A stretch of 64,000 nucleotides of DNA from Acidobacteriota bacterium. Its GTDB lineage: Bacteria; Acidobacteriota; UBA890; WLXD01. The notes beneath the pieces are model-generated. The model made no database searches. It was not told the DNA's origin and saw nothing but the letters and a program-made list of their open reading frames with translations. Position numbers and translations under genes: made by a program. Below, piece after piece: positions 1-8,593 of this stretch. Position 1 is the stretch's first letter, and every line of letters starts with the position of its first letter. The DNA is taken from the NCBI GenBank assembly GCA_965205505.1, contig CBDBHB010000007.1, positions 640,001 through 704,000 on the forward strand, in the 5' to 3' direction.

Positions 1-476
1 CGCGGGAAGCACCGCGGGCGCAGGACACCACCGTCAGGGAATCCTCCGGTGAGCCATAGCCGGGCCCGCGAAGCCTTCGTCCCCAACTCATCGAGCAGCA
101 GCGGCGCCAGTTCGACAAGGGCCAACCTTCCAGCGAGCGACTCCGACACCTGTGTCATCAGCGCCGGGGACACGGACCCCAGCAACAGGAATCGGCCATT
201 GCGTTTCCGGTCGGCATCGATTGCGCCGCGCAGTCGGGCGAACACGTCCGGCATTGCTTGCGCCTCGTCGAGGATGACCAACTCGCGGCTCGCCGTGACG
301 CGTTCCCACTCAATATCGAGCCGCAGCCGGTCCTGCTCTTGCTCGAGATCGAAGTAGATTCCACGTAGCGATCGCGCTAGCGTCGTCTTGCCGCTCTGCC
401 GCGGCCCGACCAGAGCAACCGCGGGGCTCGCGGACAAGAGACGCTGGAGGTCCGATCGAATCAGGCGGCGCAGCAT
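1..476 (-). CDS. AAA_14/DUF4143-type ATP-binding protein (5' part; runs off the left edge)
   Basis: Not in the ORF track. Manual translation from ATG at 476: MLRRLIRSDLQRLLSASPAVALVGPRQSGKTTLA (Walker A), VILDEAQ (Walker B), GRFLLLGS, ESLAGR, LTGGFP. Confidence 0.85.
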   Translation of the reverse strand, partial: MLRRLIRSDLQRLLSASPAVALVGPRQSGKTTLARSLRGIYFDLEQEQDRLRLDIEWERVTASRELVILDEAQAMPDVFARLRGAIDADRKRNGRFLLLGSVSPALMTQVSESLAGRLALVELAPLLLDELGTKASRARLWLTGGFPDGGVLRPRCFP

Positions 477-477
477 T

Positions 478-511
478 CTTGCATTATAGAAACGAATTTC
501 TAATATGCAAG
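478..511 (-). promoter_or_regulatory. Sigma70-like promoter inside a 34-bp imperfect palindrome; probably leaderless
   Basis: Minus strand TTGCAT-N16-TATAAT-N6-ATG(476). Arms CTTGCATTATAGAAA / TTTCTAATATGCAAG pair at 13 of 15 positions. Strongly AT-rich against the background. Confidence 0.7.
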
Positions 512-540
512 GATTGCCTCTTCGCAGCCAGCGAGCACCA

Positions 541-571
541 GACCCTCCACACTTTCACCACGGCCTGCTAG
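541..571 (-). repeat. 31-bp CTAG-capped repeat, copy A
   Basis: Reverse complement ctagcaggccgtggtgaaagtgtggagggtc; 30/31 identical to 2269-2299. Confidence 0.9.
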
Positions 572-687
572 CAGCACCGTCATCGCCACTCTGATCGCCA
601 GCAATCCCGCTCGGATGAGATGCTAGCCTGGCAGTAACTCGATCAGCTCGAACGGCGGCCGAGAGGCGGCGACCGGAGGCAGCGAGC

Positions 688-2226
688 ATGACGCCACAGA
701 CCGAGACACCGCCGACACCGGTCGTCGTGTATCTCTCCGGTAGCAGGCGGGGTACGACGCAGAGGCTATCGGGCGACTGCCTGCGCCTCGGAGCCACATC
801 CGGCAGCGAGATCCGGCTGTCGGAGGAAGAGCTCGGTCAGGGTCCCTCGCACCTTGCGACGTTGTCGAGAAGAGGCAATACGTACGAGCTCGAAGTGCAG
901 ACGGGGGCGCAGGTTTTCGTCAACGGTGAACCCGTGGAGCACATCGTCCTGGCGTCGGGCGATGTGCTGGAGGCAGGTGAGGGAGGCCCCATCCTCCGGT
1001 TCCGCCTCTATCCCGCCGGCTCCACTGCCTACAAATCGTTGATGGAGGCCTTCTCAGACTGCATCGACTGCGCCCGCCACGGGGGCCGCGGGTTCCCCGG
1101 TCGCCTGGGCATACTGCTTGCGGGCATGCCCCGAGAACTAGCCACTCAGGTGAGGCCCCTGGCGCGGGCCGGAATGTTGCTGCTGGTGGCGGCGCTTACC
1201 GCCGGAGTCGGTAGCCTCTGGTTGCGTACCGAGCGGCTCGAGGAGCGCCTGTCCAGGGAGGCCGGGCGCATCCAGGGGATCTCGGAGCTGCTTGACGCCG
1301 CGGACGCGGCCTCGTTCACCGAGGACGACTTCCTCCAGGCTCGGCAAGCGCTCGATCGGCAGCTCGAACAAACGAGCTCTCGGATCGCGGTGCTGGAGGA
1401 ACGCGCTGGCGCCCGTGAGCGGGTCATCGCGTCGGCAACACCGTCGGTAGTGCTGGTGCTGGGTGCCTACGGGTTCGAGGACCCGGCGTCGGGCCGGCCA
1501 CTACGACATATGCCGACTGGAACCGGCCCAACTGGTGCCGTGACGCTCGACGGAACCGGACTCGCGGTTGAGATTCTCTACACCGGAATGGCCTTCGTCG
1601 TGGCGACCGACGCAGACGACGGTACGCTGCTCACCAACCGGCACGTGGCGATGCCGTGGGCGTACGACGACAATGCCGGGCGACTCGTCCAGCAGGGCCT
1701 CGTGCCGGTGATGCGCCGTTTCATCGGTTACCTGCCGGGATTCGAGACGCCCTTCGAGGTGGAGCTGGTGCGAGCCAGCGATTCGGCCGACATAGCGGTG
1801 CTGCGGTGCGGCGCCGCCGCGGCCGAGGTGCCCGCCCTCGAGCTGAGCTCCGAGCCGGTAAGCGCCGGTGACGAGGTCATCGTGATGGGGTACCCGACCG
1901 GCATGAAGGCGTTGATGGCGCGCGCCGACGAGAGTTTCGTTGGCCGCCTATTAGACAACGGTCGCGTGAGCTTCTGGGACGTTGCCCAAGGGCTCGGGGC
2001 CGGCGGCTTCATCGCGCCGCTGGCGACCCAAGGGATCGTCGGACAGACGACCCCCGGCAAGGTCATCTACGACGCTGCAACCACCCACGGTGGAAGCGGT
2101 GGCCCGGTGCTGGGGCTTGACGGTCGGGTCGTGGCAATCAACGCCGCGATCGTGCCTGAGTTCGTTGGCTCCAACCTCGGCGTTTCCGCGCAAGAGGCCC
2201 GAATGCTCTTGGGCCAGAACCGGTAG
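688..2226 (+). CDS. FHA domain + TM + coiled coil + trypsin-like serine protease
   Basis: N-terminal FHA-like segment (VFVNGEPV..LASGDVLEAG), one TM helix, catalytic motifs TNRHVA, ADIAVL and HGGSGGP. Confidence 0.85.
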   Translation: MTPQTETPPTPVVVYLSGSRRGTTQRLSGDCLRLGATSGSEIRLSEEELGQGPSHLATLSRRGNTYELEVQTGAQVFVNGEPVEHIVLASGDVLEAGEGGPILRFRLYPAGSTAYKSLMEAFSDCIDCARHGGRGFPGRLGILLAGMPRELATQVRPLARAGMLLLVAALTAGVGSLWLRTERLEERLSREAGRIQGISELLDAADAASFTEDDFLQARQALDRQLEQTSSRIAVLEERAGARERVIASATPSVVLVLGAYGFEDPASGRPLRHMPTGTGPTGAVTLDGTGLAVEILYTGMAFVVATDADDGTLLTNRHVAMPWAYDDNAGRLVQQGLVPVMRRFIGYLPGFETPFEVELVRASDSADIAVLRCGAAAAEVPALELSSEPVSAGDEVIVMGYPTGMKALMARADESFVGRLLDNGRVSFWDVAQGLGAGGFIAPLATQGIVGQTTPGKVIYDAATTHGGSGGPVLGLDGRVVAINAAIVPEFVGSNLGVSAQEARMLLGQNR

Positions 2227-2268
2227 ATTCGCCTCACGCTCGACGACTGAGGGCACCGAAGGCCGACT

Positions 2269-2299
2269 CTAGCAGGCCGTGGTGAAAGTGTGGTGGGTC
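2269..2299 (+). repeat. 31-bp CTAG-capped repeat, copy B
   Basis: ctagcaggccgtggtgaaagtgtggtgggtc, intergenic between convergent genes. Confidence 0.9.
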
Positions 2300-2308
2300 C
2301 ACGTTCTG

Positions 2309-2596
2309 CTACGGGCGGGGCAGCCTGCCGAGATCGTCAGAACCGCTGTCGGGCGAGCTCAGACGCGCGAGAATGTCGTTTCCCAAGCGCTCGATGTCGG
2401 CGGCTTGCGGCTGCGTTTCGTGTGCCAGCTGCCGTACCGAGGTGCCGATTTCGCGCAGCTGGCGCGCGTAGCCGCGACAGTCGCCGCACAAACGCAGGTG
2501 GAATCGGATTTGGAAGCGCTCCCACCGGCCAGCCTCGGCGTACTCGTCGCTGGCGATCTTACGGCAGGCCTCCTCGCAGCTGAGCATCATCTTCAT
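2309..2596 (-). CDS. Zinc-binding anti-sigma factor (zf-HC2/ZAS)
   Basis: LSCEEA...HLRLCGDC (HxxxCxxC), directly downstream of an ECF sigma gene. Confidence 0.85.
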   Translation of the reverse strand: MKMMLSCEEACRKIASDEYAEAGRWERFQIRFHLRLCGDCRGYARQLREIGTSVRQLAHETQPQAADIERLGNDILARLSSPDSGSDDLGRLPRP

Positions 2597-2599
2597 GTC

Positions 2600-3208
2600 C
2601 TAGCCCGTCACACCCTGGCTCTCGAGACATTCTCGCAGGCGGTTGCGCGCCCGATACAGCAACACACCCAGGTTAGTGCGTGAGACTTCGAGGATCTTAC
2701 AGATCTCGGCGGTTTCGAGCTCTTCGACCTCGCGCAGGAGGAAGGCCATCTTCTGGGCGCCGGGCACGCCCTCGAGACACTCGCCGATCTTCTGCCGAAT
2801 CTCGGCATCGTGGACGCGCAGATCGATCGGGCGCGGTGCCTTCAGCCACTGACCGTCGGGCACGAAGCGGCCCTCCATCACTTCATCGATCGCATCCGCT
2901 CGCCGATCGCGGCCCAGACCTCGACGCGCCTCGGAGATCTTCCGATAAAGGATGCCGAAGAGAAACGTGAGCACGTGCGATCTGCCTTCGAAGCGAGGCA
3001 CGACCTCCAGAAAGGTGACAAAGGTGGCTTAGGCAACGTCATCTGCCTGCGAGGGGCTGAAGCCTGCGGCGCGGGCCGTTCGAACGATCTGCGGCAAGTA
3101 GGTCGTCACTACGGCCCGTGTCGCCCCCTCATCGCCGGCGCGCAGGCGTTCCACGAACGCGGCGTCCCCGAAGGAGTCGGAGCGATGCTTACGGACTGCT
3201 GACTTCAC
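2600..3208 (-). pseudogene. ECF sigma factor interrupted by an in-frame TAA at 3029-3031
   Basis: ORFs 3029..3274 and 2600..3001 share a frame: ADDVA*ATFVTFLEVVPRFEGRS. Region 4 FLLREVEELETAEICKILEVSRTNLGVLLYRARNRLRECLE is intact. Start codon uncertain. Confidence 0.8.
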
Positions 3209-3228
3209 CGAGGGATTCAACTCGCCGC

Positions 3229-3255
3229 TGTAAGAACTCGGCGCCCGAGCGCACT
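3229..3255 (+). promoter_or_regulatory. Candidate ECF-type promoter for the divergent membrane-protein gene
   Basis: TGTAAGA-N16-CACT about 90 nt upstream of GTG 3348, divergent from the ECF gene. Motif assignment is inference. Confidence 0.35.
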
Positions 3256-3347
3256 CACTAAGCGAGGCTGGCACTCAGAGCCGGCCAGGAGGCGATCGAA
3301 GGAATGACGTCGCTTCCAAGCTCACGGAATCAGAGGAGGATATCTCA

Positions 3348-3788
3348 GTGAATAGCTCGAGTCTCAAGAACGGAATCCTCGGCGGCCTGGCCGGCGGTGT
3401 TGTCTTCGGGGTCATTATGGCGATGATGGGCATGCTTCCGATGATCGGTGCCATGGCCGGCTACGCTTCGGCGGTGTACGGGATGTTCGTACATCTGGTC
3501 ATCAGCGCCGTGATCGGCGCCACGTTCGCGGTCCTGCTCGGCAACCGGATCGACAGCACCGGGCGGGGGGTCGGATACGGCCTTGCCTTTGGCGCCACCT
3601 GGTGGGTGCTCGGTCCGCTTACCTTGATGCCCCTGTTCATGGGCATGGGGTTGGGCGTGAACTGGAACTTCCAGGCCGCTACCCAGATGCTCCCCAGCCT
3701 GATGGGCCATCTGGTGTTCGGTGCCTTGCTCGGCTGGGTGTACAGCCGGTTGCAGGGCAGCGCTAGCGTGTTGGCGCACTCACACTGA
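3348..3788 (+). CDS. Met/Gly-rich four-TM membrane protein of unknown function
   Basis: RBS GAGGAGG. Four hydrophobic segments with two intramembrane His (VHLVISA, GHLVFG) and a C-terminal HSH. Confidence 0.8.
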   Translation: MNSSSLKNGILGGLAGGVVFGVIMAMMGMLPMIGAMAGYASAVYGMFVHLVISAVIGATFAVLLGNRIDSTGRGVGYGLAFGATWWVLGPLTLMPLFMGMGLGVNWNFQAATQMLPSLMGHLVFGALLGWVYSRLQGSASVLAHSH

Positions 3789-3799
3789 CAAGCCCCGGA

Positions 3800-3874
3800 G
3801 GCTCGGCGTCTTCCTCCGGAACGCCGAGCCCGACCGGGCCCCACGGCGCCCTCGGGTCATAGGACTCGAGGGCG
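3800..3874. terminator. Two GC-rich hairpins between convergent genes
   Basis: ggctcggcgt/acgccgagcc (10-bp perfect stem, 3800-3830) and cgccctcgggtc/gactcgagggcg (12 bp with one G-U, 3847-3874). No long U tract. Confidence 0.5.
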
Positions 3875-3879
3875 TCTGT

Positions 3880-4134
3880 TCATGCCGACGGGTCTGGTCG
3901 GCTCCCCACCTGCGGCTCACGGGAGCACGACGGCGCGCGCAGCGTGAACGGTTCGCCGCGAAAAACCGGGCGGGCCCGGAGCTCTGCCGGGGTCGGACCC
4001 GCAATCTGCCGCACCGCGTCGGCGATCTCCCCACCGGACATCGCCGAAGCCTGGCGCGCCTGGCGCAGCGCGTCGACGTCTTCTGGCTGCGTCGGAAGAT
4101 CCGCCGCAAGGTCCTGCAGGTCAAAGGCTGTCAC
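3880..4134 (-). CDS. Small hypothetical protein, possible partner of the nucleotidyltransferase
   Basis: Overlaps the 3' end of the nucleotidyltransferase gene by 14 nt; DLPTQPEDVDALRQAR...RGEPFTL. Confidence 0.6.
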   Translation of the reverse strand: MTAFDLQDLAADLPTQPEDVDALRQARQASAMSGGEIADAVRQIAGPTPAELRARPVFRGEPFTLRAPSCSREPQVGSRPDPSA

Positions 4135-4651
4135 GGATCTGCTCCCACGCGTCGACTAGGTCATACCGCTCGAAGTAGCTTCGCACGGCTCCCGGACCCA
4201 GCGCCGCGGACCGCAGCAGCGCGGCGATATCGGCCATTTCCTGCAAGCGCCGGCTAGGATCGTTCTTCGCCGCCAGTACCTTCATGGCCACGAGATGCTC
4301 CGGACGCGGCACCTTCGCGAACACCTCGGGCAACACCTCCGACACCGTAGCCGCATCGAAGAGATCATCGGCGGTCGTGCCGTCCACATACACGACGTCG
4401 AGCCGTCCGAACGCCGCTTCCGAATGCGCGTGGTTCGAGTAACCCTCGGAGCGGTGCAACGTTTCGTAGCCCAGCGACTCGAGATACTCGATGAGAGCAG
4501 GCTGAGCTCGACGTTCCGTAATGATGTCGACGTCGTGCGTGAGGCGGCCGGCACCATGAACGGCCAAGGCCAGTCCGCCGATCACTGCCCAGTCGGCCTG
4601 CTCGGCGTCCAGATGGCGCGCAACGACCTGTAGGACTTTGGCGAATTCCAC
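4121..4651 (-). CDS. Nucleotidyltransferase (AbiEii/DUF6036-like)
   Basis: VIGGLALAVHG..RLTHDVDI (GG...DxD) and PEHLVAMK motifs; GTG 4651 with GAGGTGG RBS. Confidence 0.8.
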   Translation of the reverse strand: MEFAKVLQVVARHLDAEQADWAVIGGLALAVHGAGRLTHDVDIITERRAQPALIEYLESLGYETLHRSEGYSNHAHSEAAFGRLDVVYVDGTTADDLFDAATVSEVLPEVFAKVPRPEHLVAMKVLAAKNDPSRRLQEMADIAALLRSAALGPGAVRSYFERYDLVDAWEQIRDSL

Positions 4652-4750
4652 CAGCCACCTCAACTGCGGCCCACCTGGCCGCGCTGTTGCCTGGCATTTC
4701 GGACCTCCTGCCAGACGAACCTCGGAACTGCCGTGTCATGCTATCTCAGC

Positions 4751-5212
4751 TCAGATCGTCTGGTTGAGGCGAGGTTTCCAGAAGGGGCGGAACAGCTCGA
4801 TCTTCGGACAGCGGTTCATGACGACCTTCAGGCCGGCCGCTTCCGCCAGCGCTGCTGCTTCGTCATTGCGCACGCCGATCTGCATCCAGACCACCTTGGC
4901 ACCGATCTCGATGGCTTCCTCGGTAACACCGTAGGCCGCTTCCGAGGTGCGGAACACTTGCACCATGTCGACGGGTCGATCGATCGACGCCAGTGACTCG
5001 TAAACGGGCAATCCACGGATCTCGTTGCCGGCTTCCTTGGGGTTGACGGGGATCATGTCGTAGCCGGTCTCGTGCAGAACGCGCAGCACCCCGTAGCTGA
5101 ACTTCGCCGGGTCGGAGCTGGCTCCGACCATCGCGATGGTCTTCACGTCCTCGAGAATCCCGGCCAGGTATTCCGGCGGATAGTCCTCCTCGTGGTCCAA
5201 GGCATGGCTCAT
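4751..5212 (-). CDS. CoA-binding protein (YccU-like)
   Basis: IAMVGAS, IPVNP, VDMVQVFR, VWMQIG, VVMNRCPKIE. Confidence 0.9.
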   Translation of the reverse strand: MSHALDHEEDYPPEYLAGILEDVKTIAMVGASSDPAKFSYGVLRVLHETGYDMIPVNPKEAGNEIRGLPVYESLASIDRPVDMVQVFRTSEAAYGVTEEAIEIGAKVVWMQIGVRNDEAAALAEAAGLKVVMNRCPKIELFRPFWKPRLNQTI

Positions 5213-5667
5213 GGTGCGTCCTGCAGGGAACCCGGTTCGCCAAGAAGGGAGGGCTTCAGCTCATTCGGCCTGAGCGGACTCTGGAACGGGTTGCGATAGA
5301 GCTTGTCGTGGCTCTCGACGCCGACGTCGAGCGTGCAATCGGTTTCGGGCCGAGCCACGCACAGCAGCACATAGCCGTCCGCCAGCTGGCGGCCGTTGAG
5401 GGCGCGACCCTCACTCTGGTCGACCTGGCCTACCAGCAGCTTTGCCGAACAGGAGATGCAGCCCCCGTAGCGGCAGCCATACGGCAGGGAAACGCCGTGC
5501 TGCTCGAGCGATTCGAGAAGCGGCGCCTCCGCGTCGACCACGAACGCACTGCCCCCTCGATTGGCGAGCGTGATGGTGAAGCGCCCTGCGCGGGTCGGCG
5601 CTGGGCGGGTCGGCGCACGGCGGTTCGGCGCTGGGCCGTGCGGGGTGTTGTCCTGCGAGTTGGTCAT
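5209..5667 (-). CDS. Plant-type [2Fe-2S] ferredoxin
   Basis: LPYGCRYGGCISCSAKL...YVLLCVARP (Cx4Cx2C..C). ATG 5667 follows the SBP56 stop; ATGA overlap with the next gene. Confidence 0.9.
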   Translation of the reverse strand: MTNSQDNTPHGPAPNRRAPTRPAPTRAGRFTITLANRGGSAFVVDAEAPLLESLEQHGVSLPYGCRYGGCISCSAKLLVGQVDQSEGRALNGRQLADGYVLLCVARPETDCTLDVGVESHDKLYRNPFQSPLRPNELKPSLLGEPGSLQDAP

Positions 5668-5674
5668 GGCGACA

Positions 5675-7039
5675 CTACAGCCAGATATCCGAAGTGCAGT
5701 CACCGCCCGGATAGCGCGTCTCGTGGCAGCGCGCCGGGCCGTGCGGCTCCTTGCCGAAATCGACAAAGAAGTCGGGGTTGATCGACATGCCGCCGTTCTT
5801 GGCGTCGCAATCGACCATCAGCATGCAGCCGCCGGTCTCGCGAATCTCCGGGTAGAACTGGTTGTCCCAGGTCGAGAAGAGCGAGGTGGTCACATAGAGC
5901 CGCTTGCCGTCGAGCGACAGCTGGATCATCTGCGGGCCGCCGGTGATCTTGTGGCCGTTCACCTCCGGCGCCCTGCCAAGCAGGCCGCCCATCCAGACCT
6001 GGCCGGTCAGCTTCGGATCAGACGGATCGGAGATGTCGTACTGGCGCAGGTCTCCATGCAGCCAGTTGGAGAGATAGAGGAACCGGTCATCCATCGAGAT
6101 CAGGATCACACTGATCAGGCCTGGCACCGGGATGGGCCACTCCGAATGGCGCTCGTTCTCGACGTCGATGACCTTCTCGACGATCCACTCGTCGTCCTTC
6201 TTGAACCAGTGGATCACGTTGGAGGAGAGCGCCGCGCCGACGAAGCCGTGGCTCGAGCTCGGGTTGTGATGGAAGCGCACCTCCAGCGGCACCAGACCGT
6301 CCTCGCCCAGATAGACCGTGTTCTCGACTGTCCTGTTCTCGAAATCCCAGAAGTGGATCTCGCGGCCGTACTTGAGCAGCCCGACCTCTTCCAGATCGAA
6401 GCCCGGCATGAAGGTGTTGGGCGCGGCCCATTCGCTCGAGACCATGACGTTGTGGCGCGGCTGGTACCAGAAGTCGTAGTTGAACTTCATGCCGCCCAGA
6501 TCGTTCTCCCATCGCCCGACGATCTCGAAGTCTTCGTTCAGATGCAGGAATCCGCCAGGCGCCTCGCCCTTCGCATCGCCAAGCATCGAGATGATGATGT
6601 CCGAGCCGAGGCAATGAACCGTGTGCGGCGCCGACAGATTGGTCTTCGCTTTGATCTCGGCACCCTCGATCACCTTGTGCAGGCGCGGGCTCCTGGGATC
6701 GGCCGCACAGTCGACAATGTGCAGGTTGGAGCTGCGCACTCCCGGCACGATCAGATAGCGTCGTTCCTTGCTCGCATCGTGGTGACAAGACGAACAGGCG
6801 TTCCAGCCCATGTGATGCAACTCGTCGCCGATGCCGGGCATCTCGAGCCGACTGACAACCTGGCTGTAGGTCGGGCTCTCCGGGTCGGCGTCGATGGTGG
6901 CCAGATAGTCCGGTTTCTGGATGCCCGTGCCGATGTAGAGCGCGACGGTGTAGAGGAGCCGCTCGCGCGGCGCCTTCATCGCCTCCGCAGGCGACGCATA
7001 GCCTGGGCCGCAGCAGGTCTCGTCCGTCTCGGTGGTCAT
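5675..7039 (-). CDS. Selenium-binding protein SBP56 / SELENBP1-type methanethiol oxidase-like
   Basis: CGPGYASP, DYLATID, DELHHMGWNACSSC, YDFWYQPRHNVMVSSEW, GGPQMIQLSLDGKRLYVT, GGDCTSDIW. ATG 7039 with GAGGAAAG RBS; no signal peptide. Confidence 0.93.
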   Translation of the reverse strand: MTTETDETCCGPGYASPAEAMKAPRERLLYTVALYIGTGIQKPDYLATIDADPESPTYSQVVSRLEMPGIGDELHHMGWNACSSCHHDASKERRYLIVPGVRSSNLHIVDCAADPRSPRLHKVIEGAEIKAKTNLSAPHTVHCLGSDIIISMLGDAKGEAPGGFLHLNEDFEIVGRWENDLGGMKFNYDFWYQPRHNVMVSSEWAAPNTFMPGFDLEEVGLLKYGREIHFWDFENRTVENTVYLGEDGLVPLEVRFHHNPSSSHGFVGAALSSNVIHWFKKDDEWIVEKVIDVENERHSEWPIPVPGLISVILISMDDRFLYLSNWLHGDLRQYDISDPSDPKLTGQVWMGGLLGRAPEVNGHKITGGPQMIQLSLDGKRLYVTTSLFSTWDNQFYPEIRETGGCMLMVDCDAKNGGMSINPDFFVDFGKEPHGPARCHETRYPGGDCTSDIWL

Positions 7040-7071
7040 GCTTTCCTCGGCTACGCACTTCCCTGTCGCCA

Positions 7072-7102
7072 GGCCCGCCACACTTTCGCCACGGCCTGTT
7101 AG
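7072..7102 (-). repeat. 31-bp repeat, copy C; overlaps the TAA stop of the upstream gene
   Basis: Reverse complement ctaacaggccgtggcgaaagtgtggcgggcc. Confidence 0.85.
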
Positions 7103-8561
7103 TGAATGAGCAATAGCTCTTCTTGCGGTGGAGTCAGATACTCGATTCCACTCTCCGTGGCTATCGTCTCCTCATGATCCCACCAGAGCAAGTACTGGTC
7201 CTTGCCTTCTGGGGCAGGCGACGGCATGTAGAAGAAATACTCGATGACGAAGTGGTGATTGGGGGCAAGGGGTATGTCCAACGCCCACTCCGGACCGTAG
7301 GAGCCTATTCTGGGGCCGAAGTAGGTCTCGACCGACCTGGCGCGCGCGCCTTTCATGTGGCCATGGGCGTCGATGCTCAGGTGGGTTTTCACGGGGTCAA
7401 AACCTGCCGAGTAAGCGGGGAAGTCGTTCTTCGGGACGACCATGTGCAATTGGTCATCCTGAACGATGATCCCTTCAGCGTCGAATCTCTGCTTGTAGGC
7501 TCGAACGATCTCACGAGGAGTCCGTCCTGACCGGATGGTCTCTGCCAGGATCTTGTCGATTTTCAAATACTCCGCCCAGAGCTTCTGGATCTCTGGAGGC
7601 GGCTCGGTCTCACCTTCACGGAGAACGTAGGCGTACATTCCGACGCTCGGGGCGGCAAGGATGTCGCCTCCCTCGACGACGCTGTTTTCCCAGCCCGGGC
7701 TCCTTCCCCTCTGTGACTGTCCCGTGCTCATCCGACGAAAGACCGTGACGCCTCCTCCCCGGGTTCTGGTTACACCCGGCACGACTCGCGCGAAGGCATC
7801 TCTTGCTCGCTCGGCTGCGTTCAGGCGCATTTGCCGGAGCAGCTCTATCTCGCTCGGTACCTTGTTGTGGATGTAGTCCATCATCACCCACTCCGACGAG
7901 ATCAGCCTGTCGGCGTATTCCTCTCCGAGCTCCTCCGCCAGCAGGAGGTAGTCCGTATACGAGATGCCGTCTGGCCGCCCCGAGCGCGTCGGCCACGTTC
8001 CCAGCTCACGCTTGAAATTCACCGCAATGCTTTGAGGGTCACGCGCCGCAACGAACTCTCTGAGGCCCTCGAATCGGAGATCGTACTCAGTCACCGGCTT
8101 GCCAACGGTTCCTGCACGCGAACCGAATCGCCGACGATGTCGAAGGCTCCGAGCACTTCCATCGGATCTTCATAGTCCGGGCTTCTCCAGTCGCGCTGTG
8201 AAGCTCCCCAGCGACGTCCGAGGATCGCGCGTTCGATGCGGTCGCCGCCGCGGTCCGTGAATACGAACACCCCGGAGGTGCTCCCCAGCTCCTGCGCACC
8301 GAACGGATCGCGAATCGCCTCTCTCATCACATGGATCCACATGTCGACATTGCGCTTCCGCATGACGTACGGAAGGACGAGATCGAATTTGTCGCGCCGA
8401 ATCTGATTGTTCTCTTCGACATATTGCGCAGCGTCGGCGTCCCGTTCCTGTGCTTGTGCCGTGGCTCGACCCTGAACAAGGAGGCCGGCCAACATGAGCA
8501 GACACAGGAAAGCCAACGAAGCCGTCCGCGAGCCCAATGAGATCCTCGGTTGCTCTTCCAT
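7099..8561 (-). pseudogene. Secreted M24-like (Xaa-Pro) peptidase, split by a 1-nt frameshift near 8096
   Basis: ORF 8091..8576 (signal peptide, RRDKFDLVLP..MR..NVDMWI) joins ORF 7099..8094 (RDPQSIAVN, DGISYTDY) if one C is added (agc-ccg-gtg). Two translationally coupled genes (GTGA overlap) cannot be excluded. Confidence 0.6.
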
Positions 8562-8593
8562 ACTTTCCTCCTTCACGGTGGGTAGCCGTCGTG

